Of a stretch of 64,000 nt of DNA, positions 19,668 through 29,660 are shown piece after piece. Below the pieces are notes generated by a model. It saw nothing but the letters and a program-made list of their open reading frames with translations, searched no databases and had not been told where the DNA came from. Every line of letters starts with the position of its first letter. The first letter of the stretch is position 1. The position numbers and the translations under genes were made by a program. This stretch comes from an uncultured Clostridia bacterium (GTDB taxonomy: Bacteria > Bacillota > Clostridia > TANB77 > CAG-508), in assembly GCA_934119935.1 (NCBI GenBank), contig CAKOSX010000001.1, positions 332,299 to 396,298 of the forward strand, read 5' to 3'.

Positions 19668-20600
19668 TTAAAATAAAGTTTTTGCCCAAGAAGGGATATC
19701 ATCAATGGGAGAAGAAGCACTTCCAATTGGAAAAATTGAGAATTCCTTGCCGTTAAGGTAATTTAGATGCCCTGCTGGTGTTAAAAATTTAAATTTTATC
19801 TTAAAGCTACAAAGATTTTGTGTTTTGCATTTGAATCTTTTGTTTATCTCATTAGAGCCATATTTTCCGTCTCCTATAATTGGGTATCCAATGTGAGCAA
19901 GATGAGCACGAATTTGGTGGGTTCTTCCTGTATGAAGAATCACTTCTAAAACGCTCGTGTTATTTTGTCTGTCAGACGAGCGAACGAAGTATTCGGTAAT
20001 TATTGTCTGGCATCCTTTTTTACATGAGTCGCTTATATATACTCGTGACTTCTTAGTATCTTTAAACAAAAAAGCATTCAAAGTCTGATGCTTTATTTTG
20101 GGAATGCCGTATACTTGGCAAATATAGTGCTTTTCTATTTCATGATTTTTGAACTTTTCAAAAAGGATGTCTTGAGAAGCCTTATTTTTTGCGAAAATCA
20201 CTAGTCCAGTAGTATTTCTATCTAATCTGTGGCATGGCAATACTGGAAAACCGTATTTATTTGATAGCATAGCAGTAAGCGATTTTTCATCACCTGTTAC
20301 CTCGACCTCTGCAGGTTTATTTACGATAATTATATTTGAGTCTTCGTAAACAGTGGAAATTGCAAGAGGAGCATACGCTTTTGCAACAGAAGAAAACAGT
20401 TCATCATCCTTTATAAATATTTTCACTTCGTCGCCTTCATGCAAGGTGACATTCTGATTCACCTTAACATCATTTACACGAATATCCTTTTTTCGCAAAG
20501 CTTTATAGATAGAATTTATGCTCAAATCAGGAAATTCCTTTAACAAAACAGTATTCAATTTTTTATTATCATTTTTCTTATCAATATTAATCGTTTTCAT
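19668..20600 (-). CDS. RluA/RluD-family pseudouridine synthase with N-terminal S4 domain
   Basis: HRLDRNTTGLVIFAKN catalytic Asp motif; start moved to MKTINIDKK (ATG 20600). Confidence 0.8.
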   Translation of the reverse strand: MKTINIDKKNDNKKLNTVLLKEFPDLSINSIYKALRKKDIRVNDVKVNQNVTLHEGDEVKIFIKDDELFSSVAKAYAPLAISTVYEDSNIIIVNKPAEVEVTGDEKSLTAMLSNKYGFPVLPCHRLDRNTTGLVIFAKNKASQDILFEKFKNHEIEKHYICQVYGIPKIKHQTLNAFLFKDTKKSRVYISDSCKKGCQTIITEYFVRSSDRQNNTSVLEVILHTGRTHQIRAHLAHIGYPIIGDGKYGSNEINKRFKCKTQNLCSFKIKFKFLTPAGHLNYLNGKEFSIFPIGSASSPIDDIPSWAKTLF

Positions 20601-20673
20601 AGATAAAATTATATAGTAAATATCACGAAAAATCAATAGGTAAGAGGATTGGAACAAGACAATCTGCGTTGAT

Positions 20674-21819
20674 TTACTCATTTTGCATCATGTTAAGCTT
20701 TCTTTCGTAGTCTTTCGAATCGGGATACGCCATGTAAACTTGAGAACTATTTTTTCTCAAAAATTCTATAATCTCATAAACATCAATCCAAATTTGATTA
20801 TAGCCATCCTTTTGAACTTCATTAAAAATCAATTGAATACCAAAGTGTAAATGGGGGATGTTGATGTTATTTACATTTTCGTGACTGCTATAGCCAGTCA
20901 TTCCTAAGTACCCAATAACATCACCTGCAGTTACAATTTGCCCTTCGGATAAATCCTTGGCATAAGGATGATCTTTTCTTAAGTGAGCGTAGTAATAGTA
21001 TCTTTTTCCATCAAAACTGCGGATTCCAACTCGCCAACCACCATACTGATTCCAACCAAGTGACTCAACATAGCCAGATTCAACTGCAATAATAGGAGTT
21101 CCAATGCTTCCAAGCAAATCATTACCAAGATGGACTCTGCGGTACCCATAAGATCTAGCAGATCCAAAATCCTTATAATGACTGAAACTATAATTTTTGG
21201 CGATAGGCAAGAATGCTTTCAACCCATATTTTTTTACATATGTTTTATTTCCAAGATCATCCGATGTCTCAATTTCATATTCACCAATGTACTCGTGAAA
21301 AATTGCATCATAACTCTGAAAAAAATAATTGTACAATTTCATGTTCGAAGTTATATCAGCCATTTTTTCGCCAGAACGCAACTTTTCCAATAGTTTGTCG
21401 AGGTCCGATTGCTTAAACATTGCCAAATTTCCGCCATATTTACAGCCTAAATAAGCCATCAACTCGATCCAATTAAATTTGATTGATTCATCTTTTTCGT
21501 GAGAAGAGATGTCTACTTTTGCTAAAATACTCAGAACAGAAGAGGTTCCCTTAAAATCTACCCATTTAATATATGAATCACTCTTTAAGTTTTCTGCAAG
21601 CTCATCTGTTGAAATGTTAGAAATTTCATTTAGAAATTCTTCTCCTTCTAAATTTGAATTAATTATATTGTCTAAAGTATTAGTTTTAGAAATGTTGAGC
21701 ATAAAATCATATCCATTGAAGGCAAAAAAAATTGTAATAGAAATTAATAAAAATACTATAGTCAAAATTAAAATTTTCTTTACTTTTATAGGTTTTATCA
21801 GCATGAAACGAACCTCCAA
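20674..21819 (-). CDS. M23 family metallopeptidase with N-terminal membrane anchor
   Basis: HLGNDLLGSIGTPIIAVESGYV ... HLHFGIQ: LytM/M23 HxxxD and HxH motifs. Confidence 0.8.
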   Translation of the reverse strand: MEVRFMLIKPIKVKKILILTIVFLLISITIFFAFNGYDFMLNISKTNTLDNIINSNLEGEEFLNEISNISTDELAENLKSDSYIKWVDFKGTSSVLSILAKVDISSHEKDESIKFNWIELMAYLGCKYGGNLAMFKQSDLDKLLEKLRSGEKMADITSNMKLYNYFFQSYDAIFHEYIGEYEIETSDDLGNKTYVKKYGLKAFLPIAKNYSFSHYKDFGSARSYGYRRVHLGNDLLGSIGTPIIAVESGYVESLGWNQYGGWRVGIRSFDGKRYYYYAHLRKDHPYAKDLSEGQIVTAGDVIGYLGMTGYSSHENVNNINIPHLHFGIQLIFNEVQKDGYNQIWIDVYEIIEFLRKNSSQVYMAYPDSKDYERKLNMMQNE

Positions 21820-21875
21820 TAATCATAATAATAAATATATTAAGAAAATTTAAGTTTTATTACAATTATTATAAA

Positions 21876-21912
21876 GCAAAAGGGCCCCGCTAAGCAGGGC
21901 CCCAGCTTGAAT
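21876..21912 (-). terminator. GC-rich hairpin terminator of high-GC gene
   Basis: gggccccgct-aagc-agggcccc hairpin immediately 3' of 21921..22622. Confidence 0.5.
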
Positions 21913-21920
21913 GCTGAGCT

Positions 21921-22622
21921 TTAATGAAGGGTTTGCAGAGCGGCATAAACGCCATCGTTAACCACGATGAAATTGCTACCACAGTTAGGGTCGTACTCCG
22001 GCATGTCCGAGGCGTCTCCACTGTACGTAACTAGGTACTTGCCATCAAGGCGATACTGAAACTGGAATGGGTTTAAAAAGTAGTCCCAGTTTCTCCAGAC
22101 ATCCTGAGTAAGTACATTGGTAACAGTTGTGGTGACGCCTGCAGATTCTGCAAGTGCGTGGAACTTGTTGCTGTAGCCAGCAGTGAATCCAAAAACGAAC
22201 TTGTGGATTCCGCTTGGGAAATAGGTTTCCAAAACCTTCAAATTGAATTCGGGGTCGTAGTAGCTTCCATAGATAATGTTCGAAAGCTTGCGATACCGTT
22301 CTTCGAAGATTTCATACCTGTCCTGAGGGTATATACTCATAAGTTTGTTCGTAACGAACTCGTTAACCTGGAATCTAATCCAAAGGTCAAGTTTAATGTC
22401 GTTAAGAGTCTGCTCATGAGCAACGTCCTGGGGAAGAAGGTCAAGGCTTGCCTTGGTCTCTCCTAGCATGTAGCCAATCTGGTAACCAAGAGCATCATTG
22501 TTGTGTTCTGAGATGAACTCAGAAGATTTCAACTTGGTACGTGACAATTCACTGATTGCATCACGAACATTATACGTTGGATGCGTTATCTGTGTCGTGC
22601 CAGACCGTTTGTCCTCTTTCAT
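21921..22622 (-). CDS. Hypothetical protein (233 aa), high-GC foreign-looking gene next to tRNA-Gly
   Basis: Intact ORF, GC about 47%. Confidence 0.5.
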   Translation of the reverse strand: MKEDKRSGTTQITHPTYNVRDAISELSRTKLKSSEFISEHNNDALGYQIGYMLGETKASLDLLPQDVAHEQTLNDIKLDLWIRFQVNEFVTNKLMSIYPQDRYEIFEERYRKLSNIIYGSYYDPEFNLKVLETYFPSGIHKFVFGFTAGYSNKFHALAESAGVTTTVTNVLTQDVWRNWDYFLNPFQFQYRLDGKYLVTYSGDASDMPEYDPNCGSNFIVVNDGVYAALQTLH

Positions 22623-22755
22623 AAAAACTCTCCTTTATAAAAAAATATTTAGAATTAGCATTCAATTCGAACAATCTAAATAAAGACTGCTCAAAGTGCA
22701 CAAATTCTAAATATACTATACCATAAAAAGGTAAAAAATTCAATTAACAAAGACC

Positions 22756-22830
<75 letters not shown>

Positions 22831-22999
22831 AAATATGTTTATATTATAATAAAAATAGACAAGAAATACAATAGAAAAATTAAAATTTTGTAAATGTGTA
22901 ATTACTTATTAAAAGCAAAAAGGCCAACTGAAATAGCTGACCTCCTTGCCCACAAGCTAGGTATTTGCCTGTCCTGTGAATGACAATACTAAGTTGCGA

Positions 23000-23737
23000 T
23001 TACCGCCACTTGCGGATAGATTCCCACTTTTTGCGGTACTCCTCATGCATAATCTTTTCGCCGCTAGAGAGAGGCACACGCATGCATTTCTCGTGGTATC
23101 CAGCGTCACGGAGATACTGGACAACTTTGTAGCCTCTGGTTACGTACGTATGACCATCACGGTATACGAACACTATAACGCCGTTGCTCATGTAATAGGT
23201 ACCAAGGTTTTCCTTGGTAAAGCCATCCATGCGGAAATTAACCAGCACGGGGTATGTGATACTTTCGTAACAAGTATACTTTACCCGAAGCCCTTCCATC
23301 GGAATCATGAGACTTTTTCTCATAACGACGGGACTCAAGGCTCCGATATGGTGTTCGTTGCAGAACTTTTCACATTCTGCCGAGAAGTTTTCTTCAGGAG
23401 TTTTTTTAGCCTTTTCCTGAAGATATTTCCAACGTTTTGCTTCACGCTTCGGACAATCCGAGGCAGAGAAGGGAACATAGAAATTAGCCTCTTTGAACGA
23501 ATTTTCCACGAGAGTAGCAATAGCCCGAGTTGTGTACGGAGCTACATAGTACTTGCTTTGGTGGATAAAACCTATAACCGTTGAGTTACTTACTGCGTAA
23601 CAGCCGTTGAATTTTTGTACAAAGAAATCCACGCTGAGTGTTACCTCATGCTTGGTGTCCTGGAAAACTGCTATCATTCCATGTGTGACACGGAATGAAT
23701 CGTGGATGAGATCGCCCAATGAATAAGTATTTGTCAT
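23000..23737 (-). CDS. Hypothetical protein (245 aa), high-GC
   Basis: Longer and more protein-like than the overlapping + strand ORF 22976..23584. Confidence 0.45.
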   Translation of the reverse strand: MTNTYSLGDLIHDSFRVTHGMIAVFQDTKHEVTLSVDFFVQKFNGCYAVSNSTVIGFIHQSKYYVAPYTTRAIATLVENSFKEANFYVPFSASDCPKREAKRWKYLQEKAKKTPEENFSAECEKFCNEHHIGALSPVVMRKSLMIPMEGLRVKYTCYESITYPVLVNFRMDGFTKENLGTYYMSNGVIVFVYRDGHTYVTRGYKVVQYLRDAGYHEKCMRVPLSSGEKIMHEEYRKKWESIRKWR

Positions 23738-23839
23738 TGTTTGTTACTCCTTTTAACAAAAAGTTTATAGGGTGTATTTAATTATGCACCGAAGCACATA
23801 ATTAATAAACGGACTATGACAATTTTACCATATTTACAT

Positions 23840-24060
23840 AAAATAGTCAAACCAAAGGTGGCGAAAATAGAGTACAATTTTTCTCTTTCCACACAATATA
23901 CTTAAGGTGGCGAAAATAGAGTACGTTTTTTCCTCCGTCCCCAAAATGCAAAAATGCACTGTACATTTTTTCCTCCGTCCCCAAAATGAAGTCCCCAAAA
24001 TGAACGAACGAAATGAACGAGATGAACGAAATGTACGAAATACAAAATGGTACTTGATTT
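23840..24060. repeat. Repeat cluster: aaggtggcgaaaatagagtac x2, inverted GGGGACGGAG units x2, (a)tgaacga x3
   Basis: Direct reading of sequence. Confidence 0.75.
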
Positions 24061-24317
24061 TTAATGATAAAAATGATAAGATATCCGTAAGTTAAAAGGG
24101 AGTAGCTTGAAAACTACTAGTCAACATCACGGCGTTTCGCATGGCTAGTAACCACAAGTGGGTAAGCAAGACTTTTAAAGAAATTTACAATGTTTTAGGG
24201 CAAATTTCTTTTAGAGTCTTGTTTTTTGTACATAATAAGTAAAAAAAAGATTGAATCAGCTAAGTAAAAAAGATTGAATCAACATATGAAATTATTGCCC
24301 TTGGAAAGGATGAGATT

Positions 24318-27050
24318 ATGGAAAAAGAAAATTGGTTTAACAAATCGGTTGAAGAAACTACCAAAAAGCTTAACACGAATAATACGTTAGGCTTGACTGC
24401 AGAAGAGGTGGAAAAGAGAAAACAAAAATATGGATTAAATGAGCTGGAAAAAGGCAAGAAAACGCCATTAATTGTCAAGTTTTTAGAGCAATTTAAAGAT
24501 TTTATGATAATTGTTTTAATTATTGCAGCCGTTGTTTCAGGTATTGTAGGGCACATTAATGGAGAAGGCATAACAGATTCAATAATCATAATGGTTGTTG
24601 TAATTGTTAATGCAATAATCGGTGTGGCTCAAGAAGATAAAGCGGAAAAATCACTCGAGGCACTTAAAAAATTAAGTAGTTATTCTGCCAAAGTAATAAG
24701 AAATGGGAAAATAACAGTTGTGCCATCAAAGGAATTGGTTCCAGGAGATGTAGTTGTACTAGAAACAGGCGATTATGTTCCAGCTGATATGAGAATAACA
24801 GAAGCTGTAAATTTAAGGGCTCAAGAGACATCATTAACTGGAGAATCTGTACCAGTTGATAAATATGTAACTACAATAAGTAGCGAAGATGTTGGAATTG
24901 GAGATAGAACCAACATGGTATTTTCTTCTAGCTTGATTACGTACGGTAGAGGTCAAGGAATTGTTGTTGAAACTGGAATGAATACAGAAGTTGGAAAGAT
25001 TGCTGGAATTTTAAATAATACAGAAAAATCTGACACACCTTTACAACGCAGATTAAACAAGTTAGGAAAGACTCTTGGAATTGCTTCGCTTGCAATTTGT
25101 GTGGTAATTTTTATTATTGGATTGTTACAAGGAAAAGAACCACTAGATATGTTTATGACGGCTGTAAGCTTAGCTGTTGCAGTAATTCCAGAAGGACTTG
25201 CAGCAATTTCTACAATAGTTTTAGCAATTGGTGTTCAAAGAATGGTAAAGAAAAATGCAATAGTAAAGAAATTACCAGCTGTTGAAACGCTTGGAAGTGC
25301 TACTGTTATATGTTCTGATAAAACAGGAACTCTTACACAAAATAAGATGACTGTACAAAAATTATTTTATAATAACAGAATAATAGACATCGATAAAGTA
25401 GATACTAATAAAGAAAATGAAGAGCTTGGAAGACTTGTTTATATTTCGATGCTATGTAATGATACAAAAATAGGAGAAAACAAGCAATTAACAGGAGACC
25501 CAACAGAGACAGCTCTTATTGATATGGGATTTAAATTGGATTTTACTCCAGCTGTGTTTGATCAAATGCCAAGAGTTGAAGAAGTTCCATTTGATTCAGA
25601 CAGAAAATTGATGACAACGGTTCATAAAGTAAATGACAATCAATACATGGTTTACACAAAAGGCGGAGTTGATGAATTACTAGCAAGATGTAGCAAATAT
25701 CAAATTAATAATGAGGTTAAAGAAAATCTTGAAGAATACAAGAAAACAATAGAAGATTTCAACGACCAAATGGCTGAAAATGCTTTAAGAGTTCTTGCAA
25801 TGGCGTATAAACAAATAGACCACATGCCATCAAAAGAAGAAATGGAAACAGTCGAGAAAGACCTAATTTATATAGGTATGGTAGGAATGATTGATCCTCC
25901 AAGAGAAGAAGCAAAGGTCGCTGTTGCAAAGTGTAAATCGGCAGGAATAAAAACAGTAATGATAACAGGAGACCATAAGGTGACTGCTGTTGCAATAGCA
26001 AAAGAACTTGGAATTTTAGAAGACGGCGAAGATGCTATAACAGGAAGCCAACTTGAAGCAATGTCGCAAGAAGAATTAATTCAAAGAGTAGAAAATATAA
26101 GAGTGTATGCGAGAGTTTCTCCAGAACATAAAGTGCGTATAGTAAAGGCATGGCAGGCACATGGAGAAATAGTTGCGATGACTGGGGACGGAGTAAATGA
26201 TGCACCAGCCCTAAAAACAGCAGATATAGGTTGTGCAATGGGAATTGTAGGAACAGATGTTGCTAAAGAAGCAGCAGACGTAATTTTAACAGATGACAAC
26301 TTTGCAACAGTTGTTTCAGCAGTTGAAGAAGGCAGACGTATTTATGACAACATAATAAAGGCAATACAGTTCTTATTATCTAGCAACGTCGGAGAGGTAA
26401 TAGTATTGTTCTTAGCAATCTTACTAACACCATTCTTAGCAACAAAATTTGGAATTCCAATTGGATTAATAGAACCATTACTACCAATACACATATTATG
26501 GATAAACTTAGTAACGGATTCATTACCAGCTTTAGCACTTGCATTTGACCCAGCAAACAAAGATGTAATGAAGAGAAAACCAGTAAAAGCAAATTCTGGA
26601 ATATTCACAAAAGGTATGACATGGCGCATAATCTACCAAGGAATAATGATAGGACTTTTATCACTTGCTGCATTCGTAATTGGAATTTCTACTCCAAATC
26701 CACCAGTAATAGAAGGACTAACACCAGAACAAGTAAGAGTTGAAATTGGTCAGACAATGACATTTATTGTTCTAGCATTTTCTGAATTGATTCATGTATT
26801 TAATATAAGAAACAACAAAGAGTCAATATTCAAAACAGGAATAGGTGGAAACAAGCAATTATTCTGGGCTATTGGAGCATCTGCAATGCTTATGCTAGTA
26901 ATACTTGCAATTCCAGCTTTAAGAACAATATTCAGTATTCCGGTACTTCCAATGGATAGAATAGTTGAAACAATAGCATTAGTAATTGCACCAGTTGTAA
27001 TAGTCGAAATATTCAAATTACTAAAAATAAATACTTCTAAGGATGAATAA
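24318..27050 (+). CDS. Calcium-translocating P-type ATPase (PMCA/SERCA-type, P2A)
   Basis: 910 aa; DKTGTLT phosphorylation site, TGDGVNDAPALK, 10 TM topology. Confidence 0.9.
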   Translation: MEKENWFNKSVEETTKKLNTNNTLGLTAEEVEKRKQKYGLNELEKGKKTPLIVKFLEQFKDFMIIVLIIAAVVSGIVGHINGEGITDSIIIMVVVIVNAIIGVAQEDKAEKSLEALKKLSSYSAKVIRNGKITVVPSKELVPGDVVVLETGDYVPADMRITEAVNLRAQETSLTGESVPVDKYVTTISSEDVGIGDRTNMVFSSSLITYGRGQGIVVETGMNTEVGKIAGILNNTEKSDTPLQRRLNKLGKTLGIASLAICVVIFIIGLLQGKEPLDMFMTAVSLAVAVIPEGLAAISTIVLAIGVQRMVKKNAIVKKLPAVETLGSATVICSDKTGTLTQNKMTVQKLFYNNRIIDIDKVDTNKENEELGRLVYISMLCNDTKIGENKQLTGDPTETALIDMGFKLDFTPAVFDQMPRVEEVPFDSDRKLMTTVHKVNDNQYMVYTKGGVDELLARCSKYQINNEVKENLEEYKKTIEDFNDQMAENALRVLAMAYKQIDHMPSKEEMETVEKDLIYIGMVGMIDPPREEAKVAVAKCKSAGIKTVMITGDHKVTAVAIAKELGILEDGEDAITGSQLEAMSQEELIQRVENIRVYARVSPEHKVRIVKAWQAHGEIVAMTGDGVNDAPALKTADIGCAMGIVGTDVAKEAADVILTDDNFATVVSAVEEGRRIYDNIIKAIQFLLSSNVGEVIVLFLAILLTPFLATKFGIPIGLIEPLLPIHILWINLVTDSLPALALAFDPANKDVMKRKPVKANSGIFTKGMTWRIIYQGIMIGLLSLAAFVIGISTPNPPVIEGLTPEQVRVEIGQTMTFIVLAFSELIHVFNIRNNKESIFKTGIGGNKQLFWAIGASAMLMLVILAIPALRTIFSIPVLPMDRIVETIALVIAPVVIVEIFKLLKINTSKDE

Positions 27051-27077
27051 ATTAATCAATTAATTAAGCAATTAAGC

Positions 27078-27184
27078 AATAATTTATATTTTTTAAAACG
27101 AGACTGGAAGTGCGCCTTTTGAGGGGTCCGTTAGGAGCCCCGACCAAGCACGACATGTTGAGGCTTTATAAAAATATAAATTAT
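27078..27184 (+). repeat. Palindromic element with conserved about 66-nt GC-rich core (copy A, + orientation)
   Basis: aataatttatatttttt-[aaaacgagactggaagtgcgccttttgaggggtccgttaggagccccgaccaagcacgacatgttgaggctttataa]-aaaatataaattatt. Confidence 0.7.
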
Positions 27185-27324
27185 TGCTATTTGGTTTTAA
27201 CCTATTAGAAAAGTATGACGGATTCCTTAGTAAATTATTGCATACAAAATTTATAATAAAAATTGTAGAATATTGTAAATAAAAGTTGCATATGATAGAA
27301 TAAGAAAAAAATAAGAGGTAGAAA

Positions 27325-28239
27325 ATGTACGATTTAATTATTAGAAGAGGATTGAATAAGAAAAAGGTGACAGTTTGCATTATTTTATTAATTCTTCTTG
27401 TTACTTTAGCAACCATTTCTGGAATAAGGCTTGCAGAACATCATGAGGTCAAAAAGCAAGCTAAATTATATGAAGAGCAACAGGCTCAAATAAGAAGAGA
27501 AGAAGAGGAAAAACAGAGACAAGAAGAACTTGCAAAGCAAGCAGAAATTAATAAGAGAATAGAACAAACTAGCAGAGCTTTCACAGACGAAGAAAAAGAT
27601 AGAATAAAGCATATTTATCGTTCTACTGGTGAAAAAAGAGTATTTTTAACATTTGATGATGGTCCATCTGAGACGGTAACACCACTAATCTTAGACTTGC
27701 TAAAAAAGGAAAATGTTAAGGCAACTTTTTTTACGCTAGGAACGAATGTAAACAACTATCCAGATTTAGTGAAAAGAGAATTTGATGAAGGACACTATGT
27801 AGCAAATCACGGATATTCACACAAATATTCCACAGTATATGCATCACCAGAGGCTACATTAAACGAATATAATTATACAGAAGATGCAATAAGAAAAGCA
27901 TTAGGAAATAATTCATATATGTCAAAATTGTTTAGATTCCCAGGTGGTTCGAATGGCGGATATTATGATGAGGCAAAGCAAAATTCCAAAGCATTACTTC
28001 ATGAAAATGGAATTATGCATTTAGACTGGAATAGCTTGAGTTCAGACGCAGCAGGTGCAAAGACTAAAGAAGCCTTATTGCAAAACGTAAAAGATACTAT
28101 GGGAGAAAAAGACAGTGTTGTAATATTGATGCATGATTCAAGTGATAAAATACTGACATATGAAATGCTATCAGATTTGATATCGTATTTAAGAGAAAAA
28201 GGCTACAAATTTGAAAACATATATGATTTATTGGACTAG
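27325..28239 (+). CDS. Polysaccharide deacetylase (NodB homology) with N-terminal TM and coiled-coil
   Basis: VFLTFDDGPSETVTPLILDLLKKENVKATFF NodB motif 1-2; HDS motif later. Confidence 0.8.
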   Translation: MYDLIIRRGLNKKKVTVCIILLILLVTLATISGIRLAEHHEVKKQAKLYEEQQAQIRREEEEKQRQEELAKQAEINKRIEQTSRAFTDEEKDRIKHIYRSTGEKRVFLTFDDGPSETVTPLILDLLKKENVKATFFTLGTNVNNYPDLVKREFDEGHYVANHGYSHKYSTVYASPEATLNEYNYTEDAIRKALGNNSYMSKLFRFPGGSNGGYYDEAKQNSKALLHENGIMHLDWNSLSSDAAGAKTKEALLQNVKDTMGEKDSVVILMHDSSDKILTYEMLSDLISYLREKGYKFENIYDLLD

Positions 28240-28264
28240 ATAATGCGAGGAAGGAATACTTTTT

Positions 28265-29143
28265 ATGTATGATGTTATAATAATAGGAGGAGGTCCTGCT
28301 GGAATTACAGCCGGAATATATATTAAAAGAGCAGGTTTTAAAGTATTAATAATTTCTAAGGGAGAAGGAGCTCTGATTAGAACCGAGAAAATAGAAAATT
28401 ATTATGGATTCGAAACTCCTATTTCAGGAAAAGAATTGATAGAAAAAGGCGAGAAACAAGCTAGAAATCTAGGAATAGAATTAATAAAAAAAGAAGTAAT
28501 TGGTGTAAAATATACTGAAAGTGGATTTTCGGTAACGGTTGCAAATCAAGCTAAAGACGAAAAGTACATTACAAAAACAGTAGTAATCGCAACAGGAGTA
28601 AATAGAAACAAGCCAAACATGAAAGGACTGCAAGAATTTGATGGAAAAGGTGTAAGTTATTGTGCAGTATGTGACGCACCATTTTATAAAAATAAAGATG
28701 TTGCAGTATTGGGAGAAGGAGAATATGCAATTGGAGAAATTGAAGAGTTACAACCTATTGCAAAGTCTGTAACAATGCTTACAAATGGTAAAGAACCAAT
28801 AGAGAATAGAAGTGATGATGTACAGATAAACGAAAAAAAGATACGTGAATTTAGAGGCACAAATAAAATAGAAGAAATAGAATTTGAAGATGACTCATCA
28901 CAGAAAATAGATGGTGTATTTATTGCGCAAGGAACAGCAGGAAGTATAGAATTTGCAAAAAAAATAGGTGCGAAAATTGAAAACAACAATATTGTGGTAA
29001 ATGATGAAATGCAAACAAGCATAGAAAACATATATGCATGTGGAGATTGCACAGGGGGAATACTTCAAATATCAAAAGCTGTGTATGAAGGCACAAAAGC
29101 AGGATTAGCAATAATTAATAAATTGAGAAGAAAGGAAAATTAG
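28265..29143 (+). CDS. Thioredoxin reductase-like flavoprotein, probably NAD(P)H-independent (ferredoxin-dependent FFTR-like)
   Basis: IIIGGGPAG FAD motif and CAVCD redox motif present; second dinucleotide-binding motif degenerate (VAVLGEGEYA); 292 aa. Confidence 0.7.
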   Translation: MYDVIIIGGGPAGITAGIYIKRAGFKVLIISKGEGALIRTEKIENYYGFETPISGKELIEKGEKQARNLGIELIKKEVIGVKYTESGFSVTVANQAKDEKYITKTVVIATGVNRNKPNMKGLQEFDGKGVSYCAVCDAPFYKNKDVAVLGEGEYAIGEIEELQPIAKSVTMLTNGKEPIENRSDDVQINEKKIREFRGTNKIEEIEFEDDSSQKIDGVFIAQGTAGSIEFAKKIGAKIENNNIVVNDEMQTSIENIYACGDCTGGILQISKAVYEGTKAGLAIINKLRRKEN

Positions 29144-29145
29144 AT

Positions 29146-29460
29146 ATGAGTGAAGTAAATTTAACAAGTAAAAACTATAGTGAAGAAGTAGAAAAAACTA
29201 CTATTCCAGTACTTATAGACTTTTGGGCTACTTGGTGCGGACCATGTAGAGCGATGATGCCGGTAGTAGCAAAAATTGCAGACGAAAATGAAGGAAAGAT
29301 AAAAGTATGCAAAGTAAATGTAGATGAAGAGCCAGATTTAGCAGAAAAATTTGGAGTAATGAGCATACCAACATTTGTTGCAATAAAAAATGGTGAAGTA
29401 CTTGGAACAAGCATAGGAGTACAAGACAAAGAAGAAATATTGAAAATGTTTGATAAATAA
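29146..29460 (+). CDS. trxA: Thioredoxin
   Basis: WCGPC active site, 104 aa. Confidence 0.9.
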   Translation: MSEVNLTSKNYSEEVEKTTIPVLIDFWATWCGPCRAMMPVVAKIADENEGKIKVCKVNVDEEPDLAEKFGVMSIPTFVAIKNGEVLGTSIGVQDKEEILKMFDK

Positions 29461-29540
29461 AAATATAAAAATTAGATTTCAATGTGAGATCTAATTGTTT
29501 TTACAAATAAAGTATACATAAAATAAAAGAGCTAAAAACG

Positions 29541-29569
29541 TTGAAATATATGGAAAAATGTAGTATAAT
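29541..29569 (+). promoter_or_regulatory. Consensus sigma-A promoter of GC-rich cassette
   Basis: TTGAAA-17 nt-TATAAT. Confidence 0.6.
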
Positions 29570-29660
29570 TAAATAGATGGTACTTTTTTATGCCGTCCGA
29601 GATTTCGGGAGGCATGAGCCTCCGAAGTTTCGATATATTGAATATTAGGAGGCAATAAGT

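Noticed and set aside
19278-19676. Arg/Lys-rich 132-aa ORF across the gpr/rluD intergenic repeats
   Set aside because: It spans the repeat units and has no RBS. The composition is typical of a spurious frame in A-rich sequence.
22976-23584. + strand ORF (202 aa) overlapping 23000..23737
   Set aside because: The antisense ORF in GC-rich DNA is shorter, poorer in composition and lacks an RBS. The minus-strand ORF was preferred, still with modest confidence.
27093-27416. Minus-strand 107-aa ORF covering the palindromic core element
   Set aside because: It overlaps the conserved structured element and the start of the deacetylase gene in antisense. No support.
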